Below, one piece after another: positions 33,107-43,272 of a stretch of DNA of 64,000 nt. Positions within the stretch are counted from its first letter, which is position 1. The number at the start of each line of letters is the position of its first letter. This stretch comes from an uncultured Bacteroidales bacterium. Its GTDB lineage: Bacteria; Bacteroidota; Bacteroidia; Bacteroidales; VadinHA17. The stretch covers positions 20,540 to 84,539 of the forward strand of contig CAVRYU010000006.1 of assembly GCA_963725585.1 (NCBI GenBank). The letters are read 5' to 3'. The notes under the pieces were generated by a model that was not told the origin of the DNA, made no database searches, and was given only the letters and a program-made list of their open reading frames with translations. A program made the translations under genes and the position numbers.

Positions 33107-33861
33107 TCAGGGTAATAGATCTCAATAAATCGTTTAACGACAAACCCATTCTGAGTGATATCTCTGTTTCATTTGAACCTGGGAAAACTAACCTTATTAT
33201 CGGCCGGAGCGGTTCCGGGAAAACTGTCCTTCTAAAATCAATTGTCGGCCTCCATGATATTGACAACGGAGAGATCTGGTATGATGATGTACTTTTCAAT
33301 AAACTTGATTTTAAGGGGAAGAAAGAGATAAGGAAGGAGATCGGGATGCTGTTTCAGGGAAGTGCATTGTTCGATTCACTAACGGTGGAACAGAATGTTA
33401 GGTTCCCCCTTGATATGTTTACAGAAAAGAGCGTTGAAGAAAAAACCGATCGCGTTAATTTCTGCCTCGAGAGGGTAAATATAATCAACTCAAATAAACT
33501 GCTCCCCTCTGAGCTGTCGGGCGGAATGAAGAAAAGGGTGGCTATCGCCAGGGCAATTTCACTGAACCCTAAGTTTCTGTTCTGCGATGAACCCAATTCG
33601 GGCCTCGATCCAATAACTGCTATACTAATAGATGAACTTATTAAGGAACTCACCAAGGAGTATTCAATGACAACAATTGTAAATACTCATGATATGAATT
33701 CCGTGATGAAGATCGGTGAGAAGATAATCTTCTTAAGTGATGGGGTAAAATGCTGGGAAGGAAGCAATAAGGAGATCCTGGATTCCGATTGCGACACTCT
33801 TAATGATTTTGTATTTGCAAATGCCCTGGCAAAACAATTGAGATCTTCCTTAAAAAAATAG
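33103..33861 (+). CDS. mlaF: MlaF-family ABC ATPase
   Basis: GRSGSGKT, FQGSALFDS, LSGGMKKRVAIAR and CDEPNSGLD; overlaps the mlaE stop codon. Confidence 0.9.
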   Translation: MIRVIDLNKSFNDKPILSDISVSFEPGKTNLIIGRSGSGKTVLLKSIVGLHDIDNGEIWYDDVLFNKLDFKGKKEIRKEIGMLFQGSALFDSLTVEQNVRFPLDMFTEKSVEEKTDRVNFCLERVNIINSNKLLPSELSGGMKKRVAIARAISLNPKFLFCDEPNSGLDPITAILIDELIKELTKEYSMTTIVNTHDMNSVMKIGEKIIFLSDGVKCWEGSNKEILDSDCDTLNDFVFANALAKQLRSSLKK

Positions 33862-33862
33862 T

Positions 33863-34048
33863 TTAATCTACCTCTTCGTAATCAGTATATTCTCCTATCT
33901 CCTTCGATACTCCTTTTGATTTTGATGTGTTTTCCTGTTTCTGTCCCCTTTCCCGGTCTCTGGCCATTTCTTCAAAATACCTGTTAACCGACCTGATTAT
34001 GAGGTAGATTATGATACTTATTAAAACAAACCTGATAAGTATTGTCAT
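33863..34048 (-). CDS. Small membrane protein (DUF4834-like)
   Basis: 61 aa with an N-terminal TM helix and C-terminal GEYTDYEEVD, typical of this Bacteroidota family. Confidence 0.7.
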   Translation of the reverse strand: MTILIRFVLISIIIYLIIRSVNRYFEEMARDRERGQKQENTSKSKGVSKEIGEYTDYEEVD

Positions 34049-34113
34049 AGCTATTTCACGATTATTCAGATTTTTTTATCCCGCTCCTGTTATTTCTACG
34101 GGTCGATTCTTCT

Positions 34114-36789
34114 TCATTTTTGAGACATTTCGAGCTTGTAATTATAAAGGAATCTATCGGCCCCGCCTACAATAAGATTCCAGACATCAGAGGACGAAAG
34201 CTTTCCGATCGAAAACATTGATGCTCCCCTTAATGGAAACCCATCCATTATTTTTCCATTGCTGTCAACAAGGTAAATAAGGTTCCCTATCGCATCAAAA
34301 ACCCCTATTTTCCTGTTGGCTGATGAAAAGGTAAAATTAATGGGTCCGTCAAGCTTCCGTGAACCGAAATCTTTGGTAAACATCTCTTTACCGTTGTGAT
34401 CATAAAGATAAAGGATACCGCTGTCAATAAAAACATATTCGCCAAAACCATCACCATCCACATCAAAAAAATCGAATGAATGGTCAGACGAGAATTTCCT
34501 GAAGCTTAATTTCTTAACATCACCATTAAAATTGACGTTCTGGATTGTCCCGTCAGGGGAGGTAAATACAAGAGTCGCTTCTGAGCCGGGTGTCATCCTG
34601 AGTGCCGATCTCTTTGCCCTGGTAACAGCATCATTCAGCCTGAGTCGTACCTTACCTGAACGATCGAGAAAATACACTGATGATTCATCAGTCACAACAA
34701 TAAAGTCCTTCCCCGAGACTTTGTAAAAACCTGCCTCAGCTGTTACATATCCGGCGGTTCTGAAAGGCTCCCAACCCTTTGCAACATTGCCTGACTTGTC
34801 GTACGTGTAAACAAGCTTATCCTCTCCTGCAATAACCAGTCTGTATGTATTGTTGATCTCATAATCAAAAAGTGCGAGCGAATTTGTAGCAGGCGATCTT
34901 AATCTTACAGGATACCTTTCAACATAATTCCCGTTACGGTCGATCAGGTGAAGGTTATTCCTGCCTGAGAAGAGTAACTGGTATTTACCGTTCCTGTAAT
35001 AATCTATCACGTAAACCGATCCGTTTATCCTCTCTTTAAGTGGGACCTTCCACAAAACCCTTCCTGCTGCATTAATAAGATAGGCATTATTTTTTGTGTC
35101 CTGAATGAAAATTTCCTTCGCCCCGGTATTGTGATTTGTGAAAAAGAAGGGTTTAATCGCGGCGGTTGTATCAAGCAGTGTCTCCCATTCGGTTGTCGAC
35201 TCTTCCCTGACCAGATCCTTGTAGTTCACCGATAAGCTGTTATAAATCATTCCGTTAATGGGTGCCAGCTGAAAACCTATCGATTGAATTTTATTGAGCG
35301 AATTTTTGTTCGACCTCAGCCCGGCGGCTATTTCCGGGTTAAAATAAGCTGAGAAATATTCTATGCAGTGCGCCGGAACACAATAAAACAGGTATCCCGC
35401 CCGGCTGGTAACCATTTTCTCAAAGTCGCGGTACTGGACATCGTTTGCAAGAGTTTTATTAAGTAAATTATCATATAAAAGCCTCGAAATTGTAACATAT
35501 GAATTCCCCGTTATCATAAAGTTGTCGTAAAAAGCATTGTATGAATCATCGAATCCGGGTGCAAAACCAGGTAGTAAAGCAGAAACCAGTCCGGCAGTAC
35601 CGTTGTGATAAACAGGTATTCTTGTCTGATCGTCAGGTCTGAAATAAGTTGTTTCCGGCCTTCCTCCTGTATGTTCAAGAAAAATATTCTCACACTGTAC
35701 ACGGTTTTGTAATTTATAGATAATCACCGAGTTCTGGCTCACCGGATTATTTCTAATATCAATGTAAGCACGGGTAATCTCATCCCCGAGAAAAGGTTTA
35801 AGCTTTCCTGCCAGACTTATTATCTGATCCGGGACAGAGCCGGAGATTTCTGTTTTTTCCTGTGGCATCAGTACCATCGATTCAAACATGGCAGTTGCTG
35901 AGGGAAGGATCTTATAAGTCTTAAATTCAACCGGCTTAACAGCTTTGAACCTGAACAGTAATTCTGACGGTTCACTGCTTTCACTGTACCCGCTTATTGA
36001 AACGCCCCCTTCATCAATAAAGATGTCTCCTCCGGCGCTCCCTCCAAGCCTGGCTATCTTATCTACCGGCGATAGTCCACCCTGTGCAAATATTTTTCCG
36101 GCTGTATTTTTAAGATTCCCGAAAACCACAAATATTTTGTCCTCATTTTTCCCTGAGGAAAGAAGTATCCTGGAAAATCCGGCGGCATTTCGTATATCTG
36201 TACCAGGCACATCCTGAGAAACAGATTTTCCTATAAGATCAGCTGAAGTGCTGCAGATCAGTAACCCGGAATTTATCATGACAAACACTGTGTCTTTCTG
36301 TCCGTCCATGTTATAGGGAAGTCCTATAATCCTCTTTCCTGCTCTCTTTTGTTCCAGCACCTCCCTTATCCCCGATGCCTGAAGTGCTTCCTTCAGCTGC
36401 CTGTATCCTGTCTCACCAGGAATGGTTTTTGAAAGAAATGGTGTCATATCTCCCTTTTCGGAGGGATGAAAAGAAATTATTGCGGTTCCTTCCTGCAGTA
36501 TTTTTTTAAATCCCGACTTGTTTATCTGGTCCGCAATGAATTTCAGCTTTGTGCTGAAGATGCTTAGCTCTTTTATATTCGTGATCTCCGAAAACAGACC
36601 CCTGCCGGTGGTTACTGAGTTTATAAGATTGCGGAAATCGATGGTTTCTATAACAATACAGGCATCCATGCCTATAACTTTATAAGGATCAGTAAACAGA
36701 TTCTTCCTGCTTTGTTGAAGAAAATATCCGGCTAAAGCTACAGCTGATATGAGAACGACAAGGGAAAAAATTGCAATACGTTTTGACAC
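34114..36789 (-). CDS. Large membrane-anchored hypothetical protein (DUF3352-like) with a C-terminal beta-propeller-like region
   Basis: 891 aa with an N-terminal anchor, NHNTGAKEIFIQD, DYYRNGKYQLLF, a DVDGDG repeat and GFP; TAATTTTG -7 box at 36815-36822. Confidence 0.7.
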   Translation of the reverse strand: MSKRIAIFSLVVLISAVALAGYFLQQSRKNLFTDPYKVIGMDACIVIETIDFRNLINSVTTGRGLFSEITNIKELSIFSTKLKFIADQINKSGFKKILQEGTAIISFHPSEKGDMTPFLSKTIPGETGYRQLKEALQASGIREVLEQKRAGKRIIGLPYNMDGQKDTVFVMINSGLLICSTSADLIGKSVSQDVPGTDIRNAAGFSRILLSSGKNEDKIFVVFGNLKNTAGKIFAQGGLSPVDKIARLGGSAGGDIFIDEGGVSISGYSESSEPSELLFRFKAVKPVEFKTYKILPSATAMFESMVLMPQEKTEISGSVPDQIISLAGKLKPFLGDEITRAYIDIRNNPVSQNSVIIYKLQNRVQCENIFLEHTGGRPETTYFRPDDQTRIPVYHNGTAGLVSALLPGFAPGFDDSYNAFYDNFMITGNSYVTISRLLYDNLLNKTLANDVQYRDFEKMVTSRAGYLFYCVPAHCIEYFSAYFNPEIAAGLRSNKNSLNKIQSIGFQLAPINGMIYNSLSVNYKDLVREESTTEWETLLDTTAAIKPFFFTNHNTGAKEIFIQDTKNNAYLINAAGRVLWKVPLKERINGSVYVIDYYRNGKYQLLFSGRNNLHLIDRNGNYVERYPVRLRSPATNSLALFDYEINNTYRLVIAGEDKLVYTYDKSGNVAKGWEPFRTAGYVTAEAGFYKVSGKDFIVVTDESSVYFLDRSGKVRLRLNDAVTRAKRSALRMTPGSEATLVFTSPDGTIQNVNFNGDVKKLSFRKFSSDHSFDFFDVDGDGFGEYVFIDSGILYLYDHNGKEMFTKDFGSRKLDGPINFTFSSANRKIGVFDAIGNLIYLVDSNGKIMDGFPLRGASMFSIGKLSSSDVWNLIVGGADRFLYNYKLEMSQK

Positions 36790-36900
36790 CTTAAATCAAT
36801 ATTATTCTGATTCTCAAAATTAAGAATATTATGCCATCAAAAACCCAGCAGGAAATACATATATATTTTCTCTTAGTGTGATTTGTAATTATTCTGTCCC

Positions 36901-37204
36901 TTATTATTCCGTCCCTACGGGACTTGGTTTCATTTGCGCTCTAATCGGGACGGGCTTTGCCCATCCCTAAAAATATTTATGGCCTACGGCCTTATAATTT
37001 ATCATTAATGTGCTTACAGCTAATCCCTATAAATATTTAAGGCCTACGGCCTTATAAAAATCATGTTTGTTTCTGCAGTCCCATAGGGACGAAATATTTA
37101 TAGAATAATCCAGGTATTTGAGATATAGAGTTCCGTAGGAACGATATATTTATGCAAAATGTTTGAATACGAATGTGTAAGTCCCGTAGGGACGAAATGT
37201 TTTT
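36901..37204. repeat. Array of six hairpin repeats (three direct, three inverted), consensus about CTATAAATATTTC-GTCCC-TAC-GGGAC, with unique spacers
   Basis: Cores at 36911 (GTCCCTACGGGAC), 36981 and 37041 (GGCCTACGGCC), then inverted at 37078 (GTCCCATAGGGAC), 37130 (GTTCCGTAGGAAC) and 37181 (GTCCCGTAGGGAC). Confidence 0.85.
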
Positions 37205-37286
37205 GGCCCTTAATTTGAGGACATTTATCTCAGTGTTCCTTAACTGAAATATTTATCTATTTTTATAATCAGTTTAGCCGTCCCCG

Positions 37287-39695
37287 ATGAGATCCGTTAT
37301 TTTATCAGCTTTTCTGGCTTTTGTATTTTGTACCGGAAGCTTTTCCCAGATTGTCACTGTGGTTGATAATGAGGACTCAAAACCCATTTCTGATGTAGCG
37401 GTGCTGAATGAGCCTGCTACCCGGTTCACCTATACAAACAGGTCGGGAAAATCTGACATCTCATCATTTGAAAAAGAACCTGCAGTCTGCTTTCAGCATT
37501 TTACATATGAAAGAGTCTGCCTGAGCTATGATGAGATCAGAAAGAACGGTTTTCAGATCAGGCTCAACAAAAAGATTTTTGCATTTGAAGAGTTCGTTGT
37601 TTCTGCCAACAGGTGGGAACAGAACAGGAATGAGGTTCCGAACAAGATATCAATTGTGACAAGACAGGAGACTCAGCTTCAGAATCCACAGACAACAGCT
37701 GATCTTCTTGGTATTTCCGACGAAATTTTTATCCAGAAGAGCCAGCTTGGCGGCGGCAGTCCGATGATACGGGGATTTGCCACCAACCGTATTCTGATAG
37801 TGGTGGATGGTGTAAGGATGAACAATGCCATTTACAGGGAAGGAAATATTCAGAATGTTATCTCGCTCGATCCTGCCCTGCTCGAATCAACCGAAATAAT
37901 ATTCGGTCCGGGTGCATCAGTTTACGGAAGTGATGCAATTGGAGGGGTAATGGACTTCCATACAAAGAATGCATTGTTTTCGACCGGAAAGAAGATATAT
38001 GTCAAAGCTGATGCCTATTCCCGGTATTCAACTGCTAACAGTGAGAAAACATTTCATCTCGATTTTAATCTTGGCGGGAAAAGGATAGCATTCTTTTCCG
38101 GTATCACCTGGTCAGATTACGGGGATCTTAAAATGGGTTCCTTTAAAAACGACAGTTACCTTCGGAAGGAGTATGTTCAGAGGATCAACGGCATAGATTC
38201 TGTTTTTCTGAACAGCGATCCGCGGGTCCAGAAATTTTCGGGATACAGGCAGCTGAATCTGCTGAATAAATTCAGGTACAGGATTTCCGATAATATTGAC
38301 CTTCTTCTTTCAAGTCATTATTCAGGATTATCCGATGTACCCCGTTACGACAGGCTTATCCAGTACAAATCGGGAAAACTGCGTTATGCTCAATGGTATT
38401 ATGGACCGCAGATATGGGCCATGAACAGCCTTCAGCTGAATTTTTCAGGAAAGAATAAGCTTTATGATAAGGCAAAACTGATTGCAGCATATCAGAATTA
38501 CAGTGAAAGCCGTCACGACAGAAGTCTCGGAAATATATCAATGAATGAACAGTTTGAAAAAGTGGATATATACTCTGTAAATGTCGATTTCGATAAGTCC
38601 ATTAAAAAAGAAGAACAGTTTCTGTATTACGGATTTGAATTTGTCAGGAACAACATAACTTCTGAAGCTCAGACGAAGGATATTATTACAGGTTTGGCAG
38701 TTCCGGCTGGTTCGAGGTATCCGAACGGAAGCAACAGGTACTCAACCTTTGCAATTTATTCAGGTTACAAGAATAACCTGTCGGATGCAGTTACTATAAT
38801 AACCGGCTTAAGATATAACTATGTCGGGCTCTCCTCAACAATTGCTGACAATTCATTTTATAATTTCCCGTTCAGGACAATTTCAATAAAGAATTCAGCT
38901 CTCACCGGATCAGCCGGATTAGTAGTCAGATTTAAGAACAGTTTACAGGTGAACCTCAATGCCGCGACCGGTTTCAGAGCTCCGAACCTTGATGATGCCG
39001 GTAAAATATTTGATTCCGCTCCCGGAGTTGTGGTAGTGCCGAACCCGGATCTAAAACCCGAGTATGCATACAATATCGATCTTGGGATCTCAAAGAGTTT
39101 CGGTGAGATTTTTCATCTTGACATCACAGGGTTCCACACCTGGCTCACCAACGCAATGATCCGCCATGATTTTCTCTTCAATGGACAGGCTTTAATGGCA
39201 TACAATAACCAGCTGAGTAAGGTTGAGGCTGTCACAAATGCCGGATCGGCCCGTGCTTACGGAGTGCATTTCAGCTTCCAGTCAAAAATGACAGGTCATA
39301 TATTGCTTAAATCCTCCCTGAATATAACAGAAGGGAAAGAAGAGGGCGGTACACCTTTAAGGCATGCAGCACCTGTATTCGGAGCCTTTCACATTCTGGC
39401 CGAATATCCAAAGTTCAGGGCTGATCTCTATTCAAATTATAACGGAGCCAGGCGATTCAGCAAAATGCCTCCTTCAGAAATCGAGAAACCATACCTCTAT
39501 GCAACAGATAGTAATGGCAACCCATGGTCACCGGGATGGTTCACCCTGAATATCAAGCTTTCCTATACTTTTGCCGAAAGATACATCATAAACGGAGGCA
39601 TTGAAAACATCCTCGATCACCGTTACAGACCATACTCATCAGGTATTGCAGCACCCGGAAGGAATTTAATCATCTCTGCAAGGATTATTATTTGA
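37287..39695 (+). CDS. TonB-dependent outer membrane receptor
   Basis: Signal peptide, VVSANRWEQ, plug QKSQLGGGSPMIRG, YGSDAIGG, GFRAPN, LKPE, ENILD and PGRN. Confidence 0.92.
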   Translation: MRSVILSAFLAFVFCTGSFSQIVTVVDNEDSKPISDVAVLNEPATRFTYTNRSGKSDISSFEKEPAVCFQHFTYERVCLSYDEIRKNGFQIRLNKKIFAFEEFVVSANRWEQNRNEVPNKISIVTRQETQLQNPQTTADLLGISDEIFIQKSQLGGGSPMIRGFATNRILIVVDGVRMNNAIYREGNIQNVISLDPALLESTEIIFGPGASVYGSDAIGGVMDFHTKNALFSTGKKIYVKADAYSRYSTANSEKTFHLDFNLGGKRIAFFSGITWSDYGDLKMGSFKNDSYLRKEYVQRINGIDSVFLNSDPRVQKFSGYRQLNLLNKFRYRISDNIDLLLSSHYSGLSDVPRYDRLIQYKSGKLRYAQWYYGPQIWAMNSLQLNFSGKNKLYDKAKLIAAYQNYSESRHDRSLGNISMNEQFEKVDIYSVNVDFDKSIKKEEQFLYYGFEFVRNNITSEAQTKDIITGLAVPAGSRYPNGSNRYSTFAIYSGYKNNLSDAVTIITGLRYNYVGLSSTIADNSFYNFPFRTISIKNSALTGSAGLVVRFKNSLQVNLNAATGFRAPNLDDAGKIFDSAPGVVVVPNPDLKPEYAYNIDLGISKSFGEIFHLDITGFHTWLTNAMIRHDFLFNGQALMAYNNQLSKVEAVTNAGSARAYGVHFSFQSKMTGHILLKSSLNITEGKEEGGTPLRHAAPVFGAFHILAEYPKFRADLYSNYNGARRFSKMPPSEIEKPYLYATDSNGNPWSPGWFTLNIKLSYTFAERYIINGGIENILDHRYRPYSSGIAAPGRNLIISARIII

Positions 39696-39776
39696 TCTAC
39701 GGAGTGAGTTTGGCACGTATTTTGAAATTACTTTGTTACACAGGCAATCTCAAAATATACTTGATTCTTCAAGGTC

Positions 39777-39807
39777 AGCCAGGTCAAAAGCCTGGCTTTT
39801 ATTTTTT
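39777..39807 (+). terminator. Intrinsic terminator after the TonB-dependent receptor
   Basis: AGCCAGG-TCAAAAG-CCTGGCT followed by TTTATTTTTT. Confidence 0.7.
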
Positions 39808-39808
39808 A

Positions 39809-40798
39809 TCAGAATGATCTGTATCCGATTATTTCACGGACCTCCCTCACGGTCCTGGACGCGCTTACCCTTGCCTTTTCACAACCCTCTCTGACAACTT
39901 TTGCAAGATATTTGTCATCAGCAAGTATACTATCAATCCTTTCCCTGACAGGAGTGGTGGCTTTTATAATATCCTCTGCAAGTTGCTTTTTAAGATCCCC
40001 GTAACGGATTTCACAGGAGGCATGCTTATCTGTGAAATATTTAACAACCGACGGATCTGAAACTACATTCATAATTGTGAAGAGATTCCTTACAGGTTCC
40101 GACATTGCCTGCCCCGGTTCAGAAGGTCCGGCATCCGTCACAGCACTCATCACCTTTTTTCTTATCACCTGGGGAGTATCCGAAAGGAAAATTCCGTTTC
40201 CCTCGCTTTTTCCCATTTTGCCTGTGCCGTCGAGTCCCGGGATCTTTATAAGCTCATGCCCGAAATTATATGCGTCGGGCTCGGGAAAGTAATTTACACC
40301 ATAAATCATGTTGAACCTCCTGGCAAACCTTCGGGTCATCTCAAGGTGCTGTTCCTGATCCTTTCCAACCGGCACCTTACTGGCTCTATGGATAATAATA
40401 TCGGCAGCCATCAGAACAGGATAAGTGAGAAGTCCGGCGTTGATGTTATCAGGATGTTTTCTGATCTTCTCCTTAAATGATGCAGTCCTTTCAAGTTCGC
40501 CTACATAGGCATTCATATTCATAAGAAGGTATAATTCAGATACCTCAGGAACGTCGCTCTGAATAAAAACCGTTGCGATCTCAGGATCTATTCCGCATGC
40601 AAGATATTCGGCAAGAACCTGTTTTATGTTACCATGAAGGTCATCAGGCTTTGGATGTGTTGTAAGCGCATGATAATCGGCAATAAAGAAGAAGCAATTG
40701 TTCTCTTTCTGCATTTTCAGGAAGTTTATGATCGCCCCATAATAATTCCCAAGATGAAGGTTTCCCGTCGATCTTATTCCGCTCACTACAGTTTCCAT
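39809..40798 (-). CDS. trpS: Tryptophan--tRNA ligase
   Basis: METVVSGIRSTGNLHLGNY, YPVLMAADI, VPVGKDQ.QH and KMGKS. Start ATG 40798 is supported by a TAATTTTG box at 40823-40830. Confidence 0.97.
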   Translation of the reverse strand: METVVSGIRSTGNLHLGNYYGAIINFLKMQKENNCFFFIADYHALTTHPKPDDLHGNIKQVLAEYLACGIDPEIATVFIQSDVPEVSELYLLMNMNAYVGELERTASFKEKIRKHPDNINAGLLTYPVLMAADIIIHRASKVPVGKDQEQHLEMTRRFARRFNMIYGVNYFPEPDAYNFGHELIKIPGLDGTGKMGKSEGNGIFLSDTPQVIRKKVMSAVTDAGPSEPGQAMSEPVRNLFTIMNVVSDPSVVKYFTDKHASCEIRYGDLKKQLAEDIIKATTPVRERIDSILADDKYLAKVVREGCEKARVSASRTVREVREIIGYRSF

Positions 40799-40822
40799 TG
40801 TAATCTTTAATAAAAGTCCCCG

Positions 40823-40857
40823 CAAAATTAATTCTTTTTCCGAAAATCGTACCTTTG
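40823..40857. promoter_or_regulatory. Back-to-back -7 boxes for trpS (TAATTTTG, minus) and rbfA (TACCTTTG, plus)
   Basis: Two TAnnTTTG motifs on opposite strands in an 81-bp divergent gap. Confidence 0.6.
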
Positions 40858-40879
40858 CCTGTTCACAATACAAAAGGCC

Positions 40880-41218
40880 ATGGAATCAACACGACAGAAA
40901 AAAGTATCAAGACTTGTACAGAAAGAGATGGCCGACATCTTTCTGAGAAAGGGCAGTGAGCTGGCACATGGGAAAATGGTATCTGTGACAAAAGTAAGAG
41001 TCAGCCCCGATCTTTCATTTGCCAAAATCTATATCAGCATCTACCCCTCAGAGGGGCAGGATGCTGTCCTTACGGCCATACAGGTCCATTCTCCGAAAAT
41101 AAGATTTGAGATGGGTCAGAAGGTAAGAAAACAACTAAGGATAGTACCTGAAATAGCTTTTTTTATCGACGACAGCCTTGATTATATTGAAAATATCGAC
41201 AAACTGCTGAAGTCCTGA
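40880..41218 (+). CDS. rbfA: Ribosome-binding factor A
   Basis: RQKKV, VSVTKVRVSPDLSFAKIYIS and LRIVPEIAFFIDDSLD. Confidence 0.96.
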   Translation: MESTRQKKVSRLVQKEMADIFLRKGSELAHGKMVSVTKVRVSPDLSFAKIYISIYPSEGQDAVLTAIQVHSPKIRFEMGQKVRKQLRIVPEIAFFIDDSLDYIENIDKLLKS

Positions 41219-41223
41219 CTCTT

Positions 41224-42033
41224 ATGCAGTACGACCCCATCAAAAAAACATTGGGCCGGTTTTTTTCAGGGCCTCTCTTTATGAGAAAAATCTTCTATTT
41301 TTTTCTCGACGCCCTTCTTCTGCGGTCATGGCATGTCAGAAAGGCTCTGAGAGGAATAGTCCGTAAATACCCGGGTGAGGCATCAGTGCTTGATGCAGGT
41401 GCCGGCTTCGGACAATATACATGGAGAATGAGCAGGATGAACAGAGGATGGAAAATAAAGGCAGTGGATATTGATCGGGAACACATTAATGATAATAACA
41501 TATTTTTCAGCAGGGCCGGCCTGTCGGGAAGAGTAACCTGCGAGACCATTGACCTCACCTGTCTGAATGAAACTGGATCCTTCGATTTTATACTATCAGT
41601 CGATGTAATGGAGCACATTCAGGAGGATGAACTTGTCTTCAGAAATTTCTACCGGGCACTAAATCCGGGGGGTTCATTACTTATATCAACCCCATCTGAT
41701 AAAGGGGGTTCTGATGTCCACGGCAAAGAGGAAAAATCGTTTATCGACGAACATGTAAGGGACGGCTACGGGATCGGAGAGATATCCCAAAAACTCGGAA
41801 GAGCAGGGTTTAATAATATCAAAGCATCATATACTTATGGAAAACCGGGCGCTCTCTCATGGCGCCTGTCAATGAAATATCCGGTCAGGATGCTTAACAT
41901 CTCAAAATTGTTCTTCATTATTCTTCCGCTCTATTACATGATATTCTTCCCTTTTGCAGTATTACTGAATATTTTTGATATCTCTTCAATTCATAAATCA
42001 GGAACCGGTTTGCTGGTTTCAGCAAGTAAATAG
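41224..42033 (+). CDS. Class I SAM-dependent methyltransferase
   Basis: VLDAGAGFG, FDFILSVDVMEHI and LNPGG. Confidence 0.85.
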   Translation: MQYDPIKKTLGRFFSGPLFMRKIFYFFLDALLLRSWHVRKALRGIVRKYPGEASVLDAGAGFGQYTWRMSRMNRGWKIKAVDIDREHINDNNIFFSRAGLSGRVTCETIDLTCLNETGSFDFILSVDVMEHIQEDELVFRNFYRALNPGGSLLISTPSDKGGSDVHGKEEKSFIDEHVRDGYGIGEISQKLGRAGFNNIKASYTYGKPGALSWRLSMKYPVRMLNISKLFFIILPLYYMIFFPFAVLLNIFDISSIHKSGTGLLVSASK

Positions 42034-42035
42034 AA

Positions 42036-43256
42036 GTGAAATTATCCCTCTATATAGCAAAAAGGTATCTCTTCGCGAAAAAATCGAGAAATGCAATAAA
42101 TGTTATCTCTTCGATCTCTGTTGCAGGCGTTACAGTCGGAACTATGGCCCTTATTATTGTTCTTTCGGTGTTTAACGGGCTGGAAAGCCTTGTCCGCTCT
42201 ATTTTCAACACCTTTGATCCTGATCTTAAAATTACTCCGGCTGAAGGCAAAACATTCATCCCCGACAGCAGTGCCCTTAAACTTCTTTCTGATATAAACG
42301 GGGTTGCCTGTTATTCACTTTGTGTGGAAGAAAATGCTCTTCTCCGATATGGTGAGAAACAATATGTTGCAACAATAAAAGGAGTGGATGAAAACTATGC
42401 CCAGGTCACCGGAATCGACAGCTCAATGTGGGATGGAGGATTCGTATTGCGTTCGGAACAGGGCAGACCATATGCAATACCGGGTATAGGAATAGCCAAT
42501 TACCTTGGAATGAGAATCAATTTTATAACACCTCTTAATATCTATGTACCCAAAAGAACCGGTACCGCCGATCTTAATCCTGAAGATGCTTTCATAAGAA
42601 ACTATATTTTCCCTTCAGGCATTTACCAGGTGGAGCAGGAATACGATTCAAAATATGTCTTTATACCTATTGATTTTGCACGCGAACTGCTTGAATATAA
42701 ATCAGAAGTCTCGTCTCTTGAAATTAAGTTTAAACAAGACGCCAAAGAATCTGCCGTGCAGAAAGATGTAATAAGATTATTCGGAAAAGGCTTTATTGTC
42801 CGGAATAAATATGAACAGCAGGAGATCTTCTACAAAGTGATGAAATCCGAGCGTATTGCCATCTTTTTTATACTTACGCTTATACTCATTATTGCCTCTT
42901 TCAGCATTATAGGTTCACTTACAATGCTCATCATTGAAAAGGAAAGGGATATCGGGATACTCAGAAGCCTTGGGGCTGATAACACCCTGATAAGGAAGAT
43001 TTTCATCTTCGAAGGATGGCTGATCTCCATAATTGGGGCTTTTGCGGGAATTCTGCTTGGGTTCGCTGTTTGCTGGATCCAGCAAAAATATGGAATAGTA
43101 AGGCTTCAGAGCGATTCCCTGATCGTGAATGCTTATCCGGTTGTAATGAAGATCAAGGATTTTATAATAGTCCCGGCTACAGTCCTTGTGATTGGATTCT
43201 GGGCCGCATGGTATCCTGTAAGATTTCTCACTAAAAAGTATCTGACCAGAAATTAA
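42036..43256 (+). CDS. LolC/E (FtsX/MacB-type) ABC permease
   Basis: IAKRYL, IIVLSVFNG, EKERDIGILRSLGA and IFIFEG; four-TM topology. Confidence 0.88.
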   Translation: MKLSLYIAKRYLFAKKSRNAINVISSISVAGVTVGTMALIIVLSVFNGLESLVRSIFNTFDPDLKITPAEGKTFIPDSSALKLLSDINGVACYSLCVEENALLRYGEKQYVATIKGVDENYAQVTGIDSSMWDGGFVLRSEQGRPYAIPGIGIANYLGMRINFITPLNIYVPKRTGTADLNPEDAFIRNYIFPSGIYQVEQEYDSKYVFIPIDFARELLEYKSEVSSLEIKFKQDAKESAVQKDVIRLFGKGFIVRNKYEQQEIFYKVMKSERIAIFFILTLILIIASFSIIGSLTMLIIEKERDIGILRSLGADNTLIRKIFIFEGWLISIIGAFAGILLGFAVCWIQQKYGIVRLQSDSLIVNAYPVVMKIKDFIIVPATVLVIGFWAAWYPVRFLTKKYLTRN

Positions 43257-43272
43257 ATATAATCTGAGCTCC

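Noticed and set aside
36901-37204. CRISPR array interpretation of the repeat-spacer pattern
   Set aside because: The repeats are degenerate, switch orientation midway and have irregular periods (about 51-69 bp), and no cas genes are in the window. A REP-like cluster fits better.
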